From NCBI GenBank assembly GCA_001949185.1, contig BDGG01000010.1, positions 101,337 through 165,336 on the forward strand: a stretch of 64,000 nt of DNA, given 5' to 3'. The notes beneath the pieces are model-generated. The model worked only from the letters and a program-made list of their open reading frames with translations, was not told the DNA's origin and searched no databases. Made by a program: the position numbers and the translations under genes. Of the stretch, positions 39,249 to 52,132 are shown in pieces (positions within the stretch are counted from its first letter, which is position 1; every line of letters starts with the position of its first letter). This DNA comes from Ramazzottius varieornatus. Lineage: Eukaryota; Animalia; Tardigrada.

Positions 39249-42219
39249 ATGGCTGCTTTATTGAACGCCATGGCGGTTCTTGTGAATGTAGCCGGTGGAC
39301 AAACCGTAGATCCCACTTTATACTTCGCTCAGGCAGATCAGATTACCGCGAGGATCGAAGTGGTCTACCCCCAACACCGCATCGTCGAGGAACTCCATGT
39401 GGTCTACGACAGCGCCCTCAACCTGGTCAAGTACGAACACGCGTTAGAATTTACGACACACCCTTCCAGAGCGCCTTCTTTCACGCAATCCGTTTTTGAT
39501 CTCACCGCAGGTACTCATATCACACCTTTAGAGTATTTCTCAAGTGCCAGATATCATCAAGCTCGCAATTTATATGATTCCAAATAGCTCGTTGATCTTG
39601 AACAGGCATCAGTTACGATATGGACCAAACGAGCGGCAGTTGTACGCGCAATATCAAAGCGGCCATCGCGTCTCCATCAAGTTCCCTCACCAGGGACGAG
39701 CAGGAGTTCGAAGATCGGTATCATTTGTTAAAAGTCTTGGCGCCGAATCAACTGTTTACCATCACAGGAAAACTGAATTTTGTCAGAAAAGTAAGTCACT
39801 GAAAATCCTCGAAAAATCGATCAATAGGTCACTGCACAAAGCTCCTTCAACGGGATGTTTCTTTCGGTGTTTGTAGACATCGATCCGGGGAATTGAAGCG
39901 GACATGTGGACGATGGACCTTGACCAGTACTACATGGGCGGTTTTCTCGGTCTTCAGAACACGCGGCAAACTCTGTACACCATGGCACGCAACAGCACGC
40001 GCCGTCCAGCTGCATCCTTCTCCGAAGCCAAGCCCGCACTGCTCCTTCAACGCAGCATTACACTCCTTCGAAACAACACGTCCAACCCTTCGTCTCCCAT
40101 GCCCGACCAGTCCCCTCTCATGATCATCAACTACTTCGACTTCGAGTACCTCACTGTTCCACGAATGCTCGACTTCAGCATCCTAGCGTGCTCGACTAGT
40201 CGCGCACTCGAGCCTAAAGCTGAAATCCAGTTGGTCTTCGAAGGCCAACTGTCCACAGCTGGTTTCGGAGGAGGCAAAGAAAGCAGTGAAGTCGTGCAAT
40301 TCCGTAGAGATGCGTGGATCGCCGTTACGTCCGCTGCGAACATCAGTACGGTGCGAAGCGTGGGGAACTTCTGGAGTCACGACGATTTCAGCACATACTT
40401 CACCACAGTCATCCTGCCCGAAGTCGGCTCGCCCATTACGGCCGCTGAAGCTGTAAACAGAATATCGGAAGCCATCACTTCGAGCCAACTGAAAGTTCAA
40501 ACGAAGAACGGTACTACTCTAACTGCGGTCAGCTTACGAAGGAACGTTTCGTTACTCAGCTCGACCAAAGGAGAGAAAACCTCCGAAATTTTCGTTCTGT
40601 ACAAAGCCTACACTGTTCTGGCAGGAAGTGCAATCACTGAGAAGGTTCACAAGCTGACACTGAAACAATGCTTGCAGAGATGTCAAGAGGAAGATGAGTT
40701 TGTTTGTCACACGGTTTCGACTTGTGGTTATGGTGACTGTTACTTGTCAAAATACCACGGTGACGAGTTGGCCTTCAGACCAGCAGAAGCTCCACGGACG
40801 GCTGACGGAAAGGGAACTGACGGAAAGTATCATTTGGCGAACCATTCTCACTGCGCAGTATGGACTCGTGTTTGGAGCAGCGAATACGTCCAAGCCAGTG
40901 CATATCTCAGTTCGTCCCTACAAGTCCTGACTTCGATGGATTTCGCCGTGTCGGAAGAGACTTGCGCGAAGCAGTGTTCGTTCAACTCAGACAAGGAAGA
41001 CAGTCCGGAATGCCGGTCCTTCTTGTGGTGCTCAAAGAACAGCGTACCAAAAGCCAGGTGTACTTTGTACGGGCAGCATGTGACGGACAACGCAGCGCTT
41101 TACTCGAAATCTGTCACAAACAACAGACGCAACAACGGTGACGGCAGTCAGGCGGTCGATGGGGTCGCTGATATGAATGCCGTTAGCGGTTGCCATCTTT
41201 ACACTCGTAAGAAAATGGCAAGAAAAACTCGTCTGTCATAATTGAAGTTTGCAATACGCAAATGCAACGTTGGCAAGTGCTTTCACCCAGATCGTAGTCC
41301 GAGGTGGCGCATGTCCTCATTGGTACTGGGCGACAGAGTGCGCCACATGGGAAACCGGTCTAGGCAAATCCGTTGGCCGACTTTCCAAACGGTATTATTT
41401 CCCAATGCAATGTCGTTTCTTTTCCAGAAAACTATATGAAAGATTTTGTGCCGAAGGTTGGCCACGCGTTCGCCGTGGAGAGCATCGGTAACAACTTTGC
41501 CATTGCGGAGTACAAAGACAGAGAACGAAGTACCTACGAGTGTGCCAGGGAATGTCTGGATACCTTCGGGGACGACCGCTGCTTGTCCATGGAAATGTGC
41601 TCTGCTGACCCGCTTTTTGACGGCGACAAAGAAGTGCCAAAGATTGCCACCGGCTACTGTCGAATATCATCAGGTTACGTTCCTTCCGGGTCCAGCAACC
41701 ATCGGCCTTCCAACCATACAGTTCCCAACGAGAACTGCATCCTTTTCGCCAGTAAGCACCGTATTCAGACTGTAAAATGGTAGCGATCAAACTCGCACTT
41801 AGAACTTTAGGTCCTTGTTGAAATATCCTATTCATGATGGACATTAAACGTAGAAAAGTGTAGTGGTTGAATGAATAGACGGGCGCTTGAAGACAGTTCG
41901 TACAGTAGTGATGTAAAAACTAAAGATAATTTTTAAACTGTTATCTGCAGGAACCCAGCATTTGGACGGTACGCCCATCACATACCGCACTGCCGGCACA
42001 TTCACCCGTCTTACCAGCCTTGGTAAACGAGGTCTCCACGGGAAGCAGGAAGTCCTCAACGGGGAAGAATCCGGTTGCTGCGGCTATTCCGGTGTCGAAA
42101 TGGCTATTCTCGCCATCGCCATGTTGATAATAGGCGCTCTTCTGGTTTTACTCAGTGTCACTCTAGCCAAGAAATTCTTTCCTTCGAGTCGAATCTCATT
42201 TGTGCGCATGATTTCATGA
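39249..42219 (+). CDS. Type I membrane protein with three PAN/Apple-like domains
   Basis: Signal-like start. CLQRCQEEDEFVCHTVSTC, CAKQC..ECRSFLWC and CARECL..CLSMEMC modules. C-terminal TM (MAILAIAMLIIGALLVLLSVTLA) and a short tail. Multi-exon. Confidence 0.8.
41270..41384. repeat. Palindromic MITE-like family A copy (PAN gene intron)
   Basis: CAGATCG..GGTGGCGCA...GTGCGCCACATGGGAAA. Confidence 0.65.
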
Positions 42220-42242
42220 CAGCCGACCGGAAAGTGTTCTTG

Positions 42243-45047
42243 TCACCATTTATTGTACAAATTGTGAATATTGGTGTGCCCCCTTGTAGAGACAGGTTGC
42301 TCATTCGCCAAACTTTTCCTTCTGGAATTAAGTTTAACATAATGGTCGGTACTTTTCCTCCCAGAAGATCCAAGAGGCGGTAATTGAAAAGGGTGCCTTC
42401 TTCTGTCCGAGTTGTCCAAAGTGGGAGGGGTAGGTTCGACAACAAATTCATCCGGTAAATATTTCGAAACGTTCTTCTCATCAACGTCGTAAACACTTTC
42501 GACTTTAAATATCCTGGGCTTCTTGTCTTTTGCGTCTTTTGGCTCTGAAAGGAGCTTTAAAAGCCCAGGACTACCTGGAGATTTCTCGGTAGACTGTAAA
42601 AGCCATGCGGCGGACTTCATGGCGGTTATTAGCCGATCCAACTCGTCCGCACTCAAATTCCTGAAAAAACAAGAAAAAACCTGATAATCTTCAGACGCTT
42701 CAACCTCCGAAAACTGATTTTCTGGAATTCTAAAACAAAAACAAACTAGTTATGTAAGAAGCTCCCATTATGGGAGCTCTACAAACAAACACGCCAAGAT
42801 CTCTGCACAAGCAGCGCACGGTTTCAGTGTTTTCAGCTCATAGTGTGCGCCGCTTAGAAAAGCGCTCTTGTCGAGTTCCCAAGTGGCGCACACTTCTAGT
42901 GTTACGGGGTTGTAGCGTGCGCCACTTGGAAAAGCAATCTACGAGATATTTCTCGAATATTCTGTCAAGACGTACTTCGAGACGTTGAGTTCAGTTTCGA
43001 CCGGGTTTTCTATGTACAGCGACGAGTAGTCGGGTTTCGTGTAACTCACGCCTTCGATGACGGAGATGGCTTGAGTCTTGTAAGGAAAGGAGGAGTAGAA
43101 CTCGAAGAACTCCAGCAGAAGGCTCTGAAGATCGGTCTCCGGTCTAATCGACTGCATCTCCTTCTTCATCTCGCTGATGTCCCGTTTGACTTTGTTCAGA
43201 GGCGGAAGGAGCTTCTTGTACTGCATGAAGAAGACGACCAAGATGGTCAAGGTAAAGTTGCTGATCCAGCGACCGGGAGTGGGGTTGGTGAGATCGGCTA
43301 CAGCGGCCCATCGTTTGACGGTAACGACTAATGCTCGGAGTCTTTCGTCGATCTGACCGAGTGTAAAAAGGTAATCCGACATCACCAGTCCCGACCTGAA
43401 AGCAGAAACAAGACACAACATAGAAAAACGCTGTATTGGGAAGGATAGACGAGTAATCTATACAAGGTCGGAACAGACTAACTCAAAATTATTTTACGAG
43501 CCCGGCAAACAAAAGCGACCAGGGCGCTTTCCGAAGTGGCGCACATATCTGATAACACTGGCTAGAAGCGTGTGCCACCTGGGAAAGGTGGCGCACGTTT
43601 CCAGCCGATATCACTGATGACACGCGCTACTTGGGAAATGATCTGCACACTTTTGTTTGCCGACCTTCAAATTTGAAGAACATGTCAAACTCAAGGTATA
43701 CTTTTCGCTGCTTACATGTTTGTAATGGATAGATCGCAGTGGACGCCCGAGACCTCATGGACGAACTTAACAATGGGTACCCGGGCCAGCAATATCCTTT
43801 GAACCTGGGCGTAGCCAGGCAGAAGGTACTGAAGATGATCAGCCAGGAGCTCGAGGCTCCGCTGGGTCTGAACGCGATCGTTCCCGGCAGTCAACTTGGA
43901 GGCGAACTTCAACGAGGACTTATCACTTTGCACCTACCGGAAGTAAACTTAACTTCCACAAACACGTAAAAAAATGAAGCGGGGAGGAAATGATAAAACT
44001 ACTACAATACTTTCTCGGTGTGCCCAACATCGTAGTCGAGTATCAGATCTACATCGGAATCCTGCTTGCCGAAGCCGTTTACCGACGAACCGAAGAGGTA
44101 CACTCGGCTCCAAGGGAATATTCCACTGATGGCATCCTCAATCTGCGTCGAAATGAAGTACCGCAACCGGATTGCCGTTTCGGTTATCTGAGAGTGCGTG
44201 TAAAACAGCTGAATCTGCTCGGACATCTGAAAGAAAGTTAGCAAATCCACGTTAAAAAATTAAACGCGACGCAAGCAACACATGATACCTCTATTTCAGT
44301 TTCTTCACCAGTGTACGTATGACGTCAATAGGGCCGCACAACATTTCGCACTCGGTGAACCGAAATACGAAACCATTTATGACCTCATGCGCGGATTAGA
44401 CATAATATGAATGAGCTTACGTTTTCGGTCTCTTTTAGTCGTTGGTTGATGAGATCCTTCAGCGGTACTTTCTCGTTCTGGACTTTGATCCCTCCATTTA
44501 GTATACCCTTCCCCTTCGACGCTTTTAGTGCTGAACCATCCAGAAGTCTCGTTCTAACAGGAACGATATCGTCGCGCTTGAGATGCGTACTGGCGTTCAG
44601 AAGGGAAGTGACGCTGCTCTTATCGTCCATTTCCGCCAATAAAAAATCCTGAGAAATTACGAAGAAATTAGCAGAACCTGGAACAATTCCAAAGACATTT
44701 CTAACCTTTTCTTGATGGATGTAATGGTAGATTGCCTCGACTTTTCCATGTGCTACACATTGCTGCTGGAGCGCTTCTGCTGCGTGGACTGAGCCGACCT
44801 GCACCAAGATGCTCTTGTGCGCTTGCTGTCGTCGAAAGGTTTGCTCTTCCAAAAAATTCCGTTCGGAAGCGTCCAGCGAACTGGCAGAAGGGGTACCGGA
44901 AGATTTGGGAGAGGTGGATAATTTTGCGTACACGCTGTTGGGGCTGTCAGCTGCTGCGCTACTCTGTCGCCGATGCAGCTCGTGGCTCAGTCGACGTAAA
45001 ATGGAGCGGGAGACCAGGAACGGTGATGCTGAATGGATCACCCACAT
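42243..45047 (-). CDS. MTPAP: Mitochondrial poly(A) polymerase
   Basis: Basic, Ser-rich presequence. QAHKSILVQV (RL domain), YLFGSSVNGFGKQDSDVDL, ARVPIVKF, PGRWISNFTLT, LYIENPVETELNVS. Confidence 0.93.
42773..42950. repeat. Palindromic MITE-like family A copy with two units (MTPAP intron)
   Basis: CCCAAGTGGCGCAC...GTGCGCCACTTGG plus a preceding degenerate unit. Confidence 0.75.
43498..43664. repeat. Palindromic MITE-like family A copy with two units (MTPAP intron)
   Basis: CGGCAAACAAAAG...CTTTTGTTTGCCG ends with two GTGGCGCAC hairpins. Confidence 0.75.
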
Positions 45048-46026
45048 CTTTCATGACCCTCACATACAGTGTTAGTACCACAAATCCACAAAGACACAGG
45101 AAGAAGAAGGAAGAATTCGCAAAGGACGTCCGGTCTATGTCCATGATTAGTTTCGCCTGTTTTGTCGTCAACACAAAGCAATCTACAATCAATGGATGGC
45201 TGGGTGCAAATTCGGTTACCGTTAGAGTAGATCGTCGATTGATTGTTGATTCTTTCACTTGACAATTCCGGTCTGACGTCTGCTACTGCGAGCCGGAAGT
45301 ATCCTGGTTCGCTCCACAACCTCCTTGCCAGTAACGTCGGCATAGTTGTCATGTACCATTCGGGATAAACGTGGATCAAGCGCGGTTGGTTAAGGACACA
45401 ACCACTTAACTTTCGTAGTGAGGATGGTAGGCAAACTATCATTTCGAACAAAGTCATGTAGGTTCTCAAAGGGAAAACCACTTCCCATCGTTCTTGAGTC
45501 TTTCGGGATCATGTTTGAAACTTCAGGATTCTTTCTCTTCTTACTAAACAGTGTTTCCGCAGAACAATAAATAAGAGAAATTCTTCGACCACCAGACCTA
45601 GACATAACTTCCGATCACTTCCGCAATGCCCTGCGAGCGAACCTCTTCGAGAACAAACGATTTCACCACCAGTTCTCTCCTCCAGTAACCACGACACCCT
45701 CTTCCGACAACGTTTTATTCGATCACGATGCTTCTTCTAACCACGAAGACGGATGCAGGCAAGATCTCTTCTCGAACTGGGGTAACAGTCATCATTCCGA
45801 AAACAATTGTGTGAATTCTTTTTACGTTGCCTGCTTCTCAGTATTCTTTTCCGTTTCCTTGTTATGATGTTGGCAAATTTAACCTCTATTTTTTCTCCAT
45901 TCATAGTTCTTGCAAAAGCATTCTTTTGAATATTGAAGAGGATCCGATTGGTTAAAGAGTCTACAGATAATACAGGAGCACAACATGATCTCAACGACTA
46001 CAAAGGAAACTATTTACATAAAATCC

Positions 46027-47806
46027 TCAAAAATCCATCATGTTATCCACGTAACGTTTGTACAGAGACATAAACTTCGCAATGAAGGCTTCCAGATGGT
46101 AAATGGCCTTACTTCCGAGTTGCAGGCGATGTTCGTATTCCGCAGCAGCCGCAATCACTTGGCACTTCAGCTGATTATCGCAGTTCTTCAGGAGCTCTCG
46201 CAGCAAACCCTGAATATCACAACCCATTTAGAGTTCGAAGTGGAGAAGTCAGGAAAGAAAGACAAGACTTACGCTCATTATCATGGTGGCAGGAATACAA
46301 TGAATGAGCAGTTCATACAGGCGATTTCGAACCTCCCTCAATTGCTCGGCATCTTGCTTGGCTATAATCACTTCGGCAGTCTTGGTCAAGTAGATTTCCC
46401 AGTCAGCGACGACGGGGTTCGCACCTGGCGGGAAAGGATACCTGTGACGCAGAGAGACCCCGTTAAATTGAGCTAACCAATTATATCTGATATCAAGCAT
46501 AATGTCGCACAAGTTTGCAGAAAACTCGAGAATTCGCAATAGTTTTCAATTGACTCAACTCTGGAGAGTTATCTTGAAATTGTGTTTTGAAAATTATTCG
46601 GGCACAGAGCTGAAATCTTCCTGGCCGCCAGAGTCTATGCCTGTACTTCAATAAAAGATAGGGTGGATCTCACTGCTTGACTTTGGTAGCTTCAGCCATG
46701 AGAATCGCCCGGCGAAGGTTCCGTTCGCTTTGTTTAGCAATTTTCTTAGCTAAATCGGCAGGCATCGTCACGCGTTCTTCTCGGCACACGTTCATCACGA
46801 TCCTCGTAATCTATCAAATGCAAAATTGAAACCAACCGGCCGATTGTAGGAAAGAAAATTTGAGCACAACGTCGTACGTCTTCTTCCGTCGGCGCAGGAA
46901 CGCGGATGTTGAGACAACGACTGCGGATGGCCGGAATGACTTTGCTGACAGAGTTCGAGCACAAGATCAGACGACAGCTTCCCGAGTACTTCTCCATAGT
47001 TCGACGGAGCGCTTGCTGTGCGTCCTTTGTCAATTTATCAACCTCGGTCAAGACCACCACTGCAAAATCAATCATGAATTTTCGAACCCTTTGGGCAACT
47101 TGCTCTTCGAGCTTACTATCTCGACGTATTCGTCTACCTTTGAACGGTTTCTTCGCGGTATCGTCCGGTGTTCGAAAGGCTGCAATACTCTTCAGCACTT
47201 CCATCACCACCAGCCGATCGTAAATTCCCGCGTCACTGCAAAACAAAAGAATTCAATGATTATTAAAGTCGCTGAGAATTTCATTATTACAACGATTCGT
47301 ATAGTGGTGCATGACGTGAAACACTGATCTGAAATTAGACTCATACGGATCAATTCTACAGAAAGAAGGGTGGCGTCATGAGTCTGCTGAGCATTTGAAG
47401 CCCAGTTTGCGTCTTTCGCGCGAATCCTTGACCTGTTCATCTTACCTCGGATTCACTTCAATATGGTACGAGCTAGCCACTGTCGTAATCTCCATTTTCT
47501 TGTTGGAAGGAGTGTTGAACGTAATGTAGTGAATGCGCATGCGTTGGACGCCGGAGCCAAACATGTCAGCTAGAAGGCAGTTGATGCGGGTCTGTTTTCC
47601 CGCGCCTGATGGTCCAAAGACCAGAAGATGAGGGAAATCATCTGACTGAGCCTGCAAACCACAACATATTTCCTTAGACTTGGCAGCAGTTACATAGAGG
47701 AGTGGGAAGGATGACTTACTAGACCGCGAAGCTTCTCTGCATCTTCTCTGTGGTAGTCCAACTTCTTGGAGTCAATTGGTCGATATTTGTCCACCCACAA
47801 CGCCAT
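46027..47806 (-). CDS. RFC3: Replication factor C subunit 3 (38 kDa)
   Basis: MALWVDKYRP, FPHLLVFGPSGAGK, LTKDAQQALRRTMEKYS, IRSRCL, GSKAIYHLEAFIAKFM. Multi-exon. Confidence 0.96.
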
Positions 47807-48142
47807 CTTCCACCCAATGTATTATGCGGCAACCCGTACCAACGACCAGGTGCAGAAGCAAAATAACGTGTGGGAAAGGTGAACGGTGAGAACTGAGAAG
47901 GGAATCTTGAGCGGGAATCTTCAGAAGAGCAAATTTTTCCATACGCAGCACAAATGCATAATACGCTCATCTGAGTCATGTTGTCATGTCATGTCACAAT
48001 CAATAAGTTTTGTCATCCAATATCCACTACCCCTCGAAAGTTTCGCGTAATCACGTAACATGCCCATAACATTATCATTCTTCCTCGGATTTCTTTTCTC
48101 CTCCAGTTTGTTCTTTCAGATGTAACCTGACCAACCCAGAAG
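47807..48142. promoter_or_regulatory. Probable bidirectional promoter for RFC3 and ZIP
   Basis: Divergent ATGs only 336 bp apart. Confidence 0.55.
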
Positions 48143-51100
48143 ATGCTGAGTCTGCGGCTAACCAAAGGCCTGGTGCTGGGAGGCATGTTTCTCATCACGG
48201 CCTTCTTCTGCTGCCTCCCCGCCTTCATAATCTCTCGCGTTCGCACGCGTCGTCTGGAAAGCACTGGCTCGCACACCACCCTCTTCCGTTCCTGCATCAG
48301 CTTCCTGAACTGCTTTGCGTGCGGAGTTTTCCTCGGTACGCTCTTCCTTGACCTTCAGCCAGACGTTATCGAAGGCTTCAAGACCAGTTTAGAAGCGTTG
48401 GGAATCGAGAGCAGCTACCCACTCGCACAGTTCTGTACCGTGTTTGGCTTCCTTCTCGTCCTGGTCGTCGAACGAATCGCTATGAGCTGCAAGAGCGATG
48501 CGACGCAAATCGTTCATGGACATAGTCATGAAAGAGGAACCGAGCATCGTTCGAGATCGAGAACGCGGTCGGAGAATTCCGTGCGGAACAATCCAGACCT
48601 GTTGCGAGAAAGACTGGTTCAGGCACAATACGCCATGCCTAATCCCTATCATCCTGAAACTAGCCGCGCAGAACAACCCGAGACACGCGTTGGTGACTTC
48701 CGAACCCGAAGAGTATCAGAGGTAACCGTTTTCATCAATCTTAAGCATGACAAGAAGGTGGAGGACGAGATCACTCACAATTGACGGCAATGTATGCGCG
48801 TGACGCTATGCGTCGCTTGATCTGTTCGGTTGGCGCCGTTGGCCCGGTAGCCTTTCTTCATGCAAGACTACGCGTAGCAAGCGGAGACGATATTTTCTGG
48901 CTGACAATGTTAAAATGGGGTCTGGGAGACGAGATTTTCTAGACCTTGGGAGACAAAAATTTAGTTAAGGGTCCCGTCAGGGGGCAAGACGGTTTTGAGA
49001 CGGCTGTTTGTCATGGCAGTCATAACTGGCGCAAAAAAGCATAGAAACATTGGGAACGCTGCGCCAAGTCAGATGAGCGGGTTGACCCAGTGCGTGCACA
49101 GTGAATATACTGCACACACGTTGTATGGCGCAGGCAGCCATACTAAAGTACACGAAAGTGCGCGAGCGATGTGGATCGCACTGCGGTGTGTGGCTGGACG
49201 TGATGTTAGGCGGAGCCGAACGCGCACTCACGTTCACAAGGCCAATGGGACGACTACGCAAATGGTTTTGACAGTGTGGGCCGGCCCAGCCTACTGCAGT
49301 CACCGTTTTAATAACTCCCTATAATGTGGAAAATAATTCAATTTGGTAACTTTTGGTCCTCGAACCCCGGCAGGGCCCAACTAATTATATTTTCGGAGTA
49401 TTTTTGGAAAGTGACGTCCAAATAGGTCCATTGATTGACTGAGCGGCTGTACCGAGCTAACATGAATTCGCGGGGCGGCACCTGACGGGTACTGGTGCAG
49501 CCGAGGGTGGCTAACAGGCAAGAAAACGGGAACTGGGATGATGGCAGCGCGTATCCCAAGTTCCCAACCATTGAATTACTCCCTGTGACTCAGAATGCAA
49601 TGCTACAGCCTTATCTCCTTCTTTCGTGACCTACTTTCGCTTCTACTCAGTCACATTCCATTCACAAGCTTATTACCACTAATGTTGTACTTTGCCCTTC
49701 ACTGGGCAAAGTTCAGCGGAGGGGTTCAAACACAGACTTACGAACAAGACCAGCTCTGCAACGACAGCTCGTGCCCAAAAACCCCATGTTGGACCACCTG
49801 AAGTGGTTTGATATGGGATAACATGGGGTATCAAGTCGTACGCAAGGTTGTATTAGTAATCTCTGCGAGCATTACGTAATAGCCTCACACTGTATCGGCA
49901 CCAACAAAAGTCATACGAGCTTCACAACAGGAAGACACAGTACACCATACCATACACCATACAGTTGACAGCCCCACCATACAATTTCACACTAAATGCT
50001 TTGCTGTTTTTTTCACCTGACCACGAAAGGCGAAGAATTCGGAGTGCTCCGACGACACACTGCTCGAGTCTTTCGCTTTGCTTCAGCGCTTCTCCATTAG
50101 TTTCCTGCTTGTGCTTCTTTCGCCTTTTTTATGGTGTCATTTCTATGTTTTTATCGTGTGTATAACACAAAATATAAAAGAAACAAAGGAAATCGCCATT
50201 TTCCGACTAACTCCCGCAAAAAGGTCCCCTTTGGGGAAAATCTAAAAGTTGTATGGGGGGTCCTGTAAAGGCCATACCCCTAGCTAGGAGACGAGATTTT
50301 GGGAAGTCTTCCGTGGCCACATACTTTGGAAGACGAGATTTAGGGTGCCCGGCTCGCGCTTGACGCGTAGTCCGGAAGAATACACAAAAAGCTCGTACCG
50401 CAGAGCTTAAGTCTCGAAATGTATTCTCTTTGCAGGTGTCCCTAGTGGATAACAACGAAGACGAGCCGGAAATCCTTAGTTCGGTGGCTTCGTCGCGTTC
50501 CACATCGCCCGATCGCGACATCATCACATCGTCCGAACGTGCACGGAATATCCAGCCCCGAGTTGAACCCGCCTTGCGTCTGGTCAAGTCCAAGTCCCAT
50601 CAAAGCACCCACACAGCCCGTGCCTTCATCCTTCTCATGGCGCTGAGTCTTCATTCCGTCTTCGAAGGACTAGCAGTTGGTCTGCAAGAATCTCGTTACA
50701 AGGTAAGCGTTACAGATACCCAGATGATTTAGCGCAGTGAACTTTTTGGTTATAACGTGGAGATCACTGGTTCGAATCTCGGTTATCCGCTTTCTGCTTT
50801 CGTTTTGTCCAGGTTTTGGAGATCTTCGGCGCGTTGTTGATTCACAAATGCGTGGTGGCATTTAGCGTAGGTATGAATCTGATGCAAAGTCACATGGCAC
50901 TGCGAAACGTCTTGCTGTGCGCCATGTTCTTTGCTTCCGCCTCGCCCCTGGGCATCGGGATCGGCATTGGCATGGAAGGTGTCCAGCAAGAGCCTGGTGC
51001 GCAACTAGCCAGTGCTGTCTTGCAAGCCTTTGCTTGTGGGACCTTCCTTTTCATCACGTTCCTCGAGGTACTTCCGCATGAAATGCTGAAGACGTCCCAC

Positions 51101-51190
51101 AGTGAAGCACCTGGGACGATGTTACTCAAGATTTTATGCATGGTGCTGGGGTTTTCTGTAATGGCCGGTCTTATGTTCATGGACTCTTGA
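48143..51190 (+). CDS. ZIP (SLC39, subfamily II, ZIP1-3-like) zinc transporter
   Basis: Exons 48143-48721, 50436-50702, 50813-51190. NCFACGVFLGT, HGHSH loop, ALSLHSVFEGLAVG, HKCVVAF, GTFLFITFLE. Confidence 0.93.
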
Positions 51191-52132
51191 TTCCTTCTCT
51201 TCGTTTGTCTCACAGTATCTTGGTCGGTCCACTCGAGTATTACCCTTTCCGACCTACTAAGTTTTATTTATTACAGTGGTTTACTCTCCGGAAACGTTTT
51301 TTTAACTATGTTACATTTCCTATCCAGAACGTCCCAGGCCGACAGCCGCACGTTGGTTCACATATAGAACGGTGGTGGGTTGGCCGAGTTAGTCATGCTG
51401 TACTTTATCCATTCGGGCAAAGCGCTACGTTTGAGGTAAGAGTTGAAGGTTCCTCCAAATCCTGACAACAAGAAAACGCGTAGTATCACCTCACCCCGTG
51501 CTCGAAAAATCTTTACCGATCATCAATGTTCCACGGCTTCTCTGTACGAGCTCCCGAGCGGCGAACCATTCGCAGATGCTTTCTAGAAACTACTTATGAA
51601 AGCTACGAAGTATTTTCTCGTGTTCAGCATTCGACCAACTGCGGTAGTTTGGCTAGACTGAGGCACAGATGGTTGGTCTCAATCACCCAAACTGGCCAGC
51701 GTCATGTCCAGCTGTAACATCAGATCTCTTTCGATTCTTTCTCTCTTTCGGGTGCGCAGCGCCACCTTCCGCCTGTGCCGCATGAGTCATGATGGCCCAG
51801 CTGGCTGGCTGACTCATCGAGCAAACCTAGTAAAATTCCATTGGAATAGCCCAGGCTATGATGAGCTAGAACCGTGCAATACGGTGCGACCGATCTCGTT
51901 GTGGAATCTGGATCATCTCGGGACACGGTGGATAGTCCTGATTCTGTACATCGACGTTCCAGCCTTCGAGAGATCCGGTTTTTCACCTGTGCCGGTTGAT
52001 CCCCAGGACGGCGGTCTGGAAATCGTGTCGAACAGTTGACTTCCGGTGCGATACATCGTTCCCTGTAAGACAGCTGCTGGATCTATTCATTCTGTCCAGC
52101 TTTTGACTGTATCCCGACTCAAGGCGCGGAAC

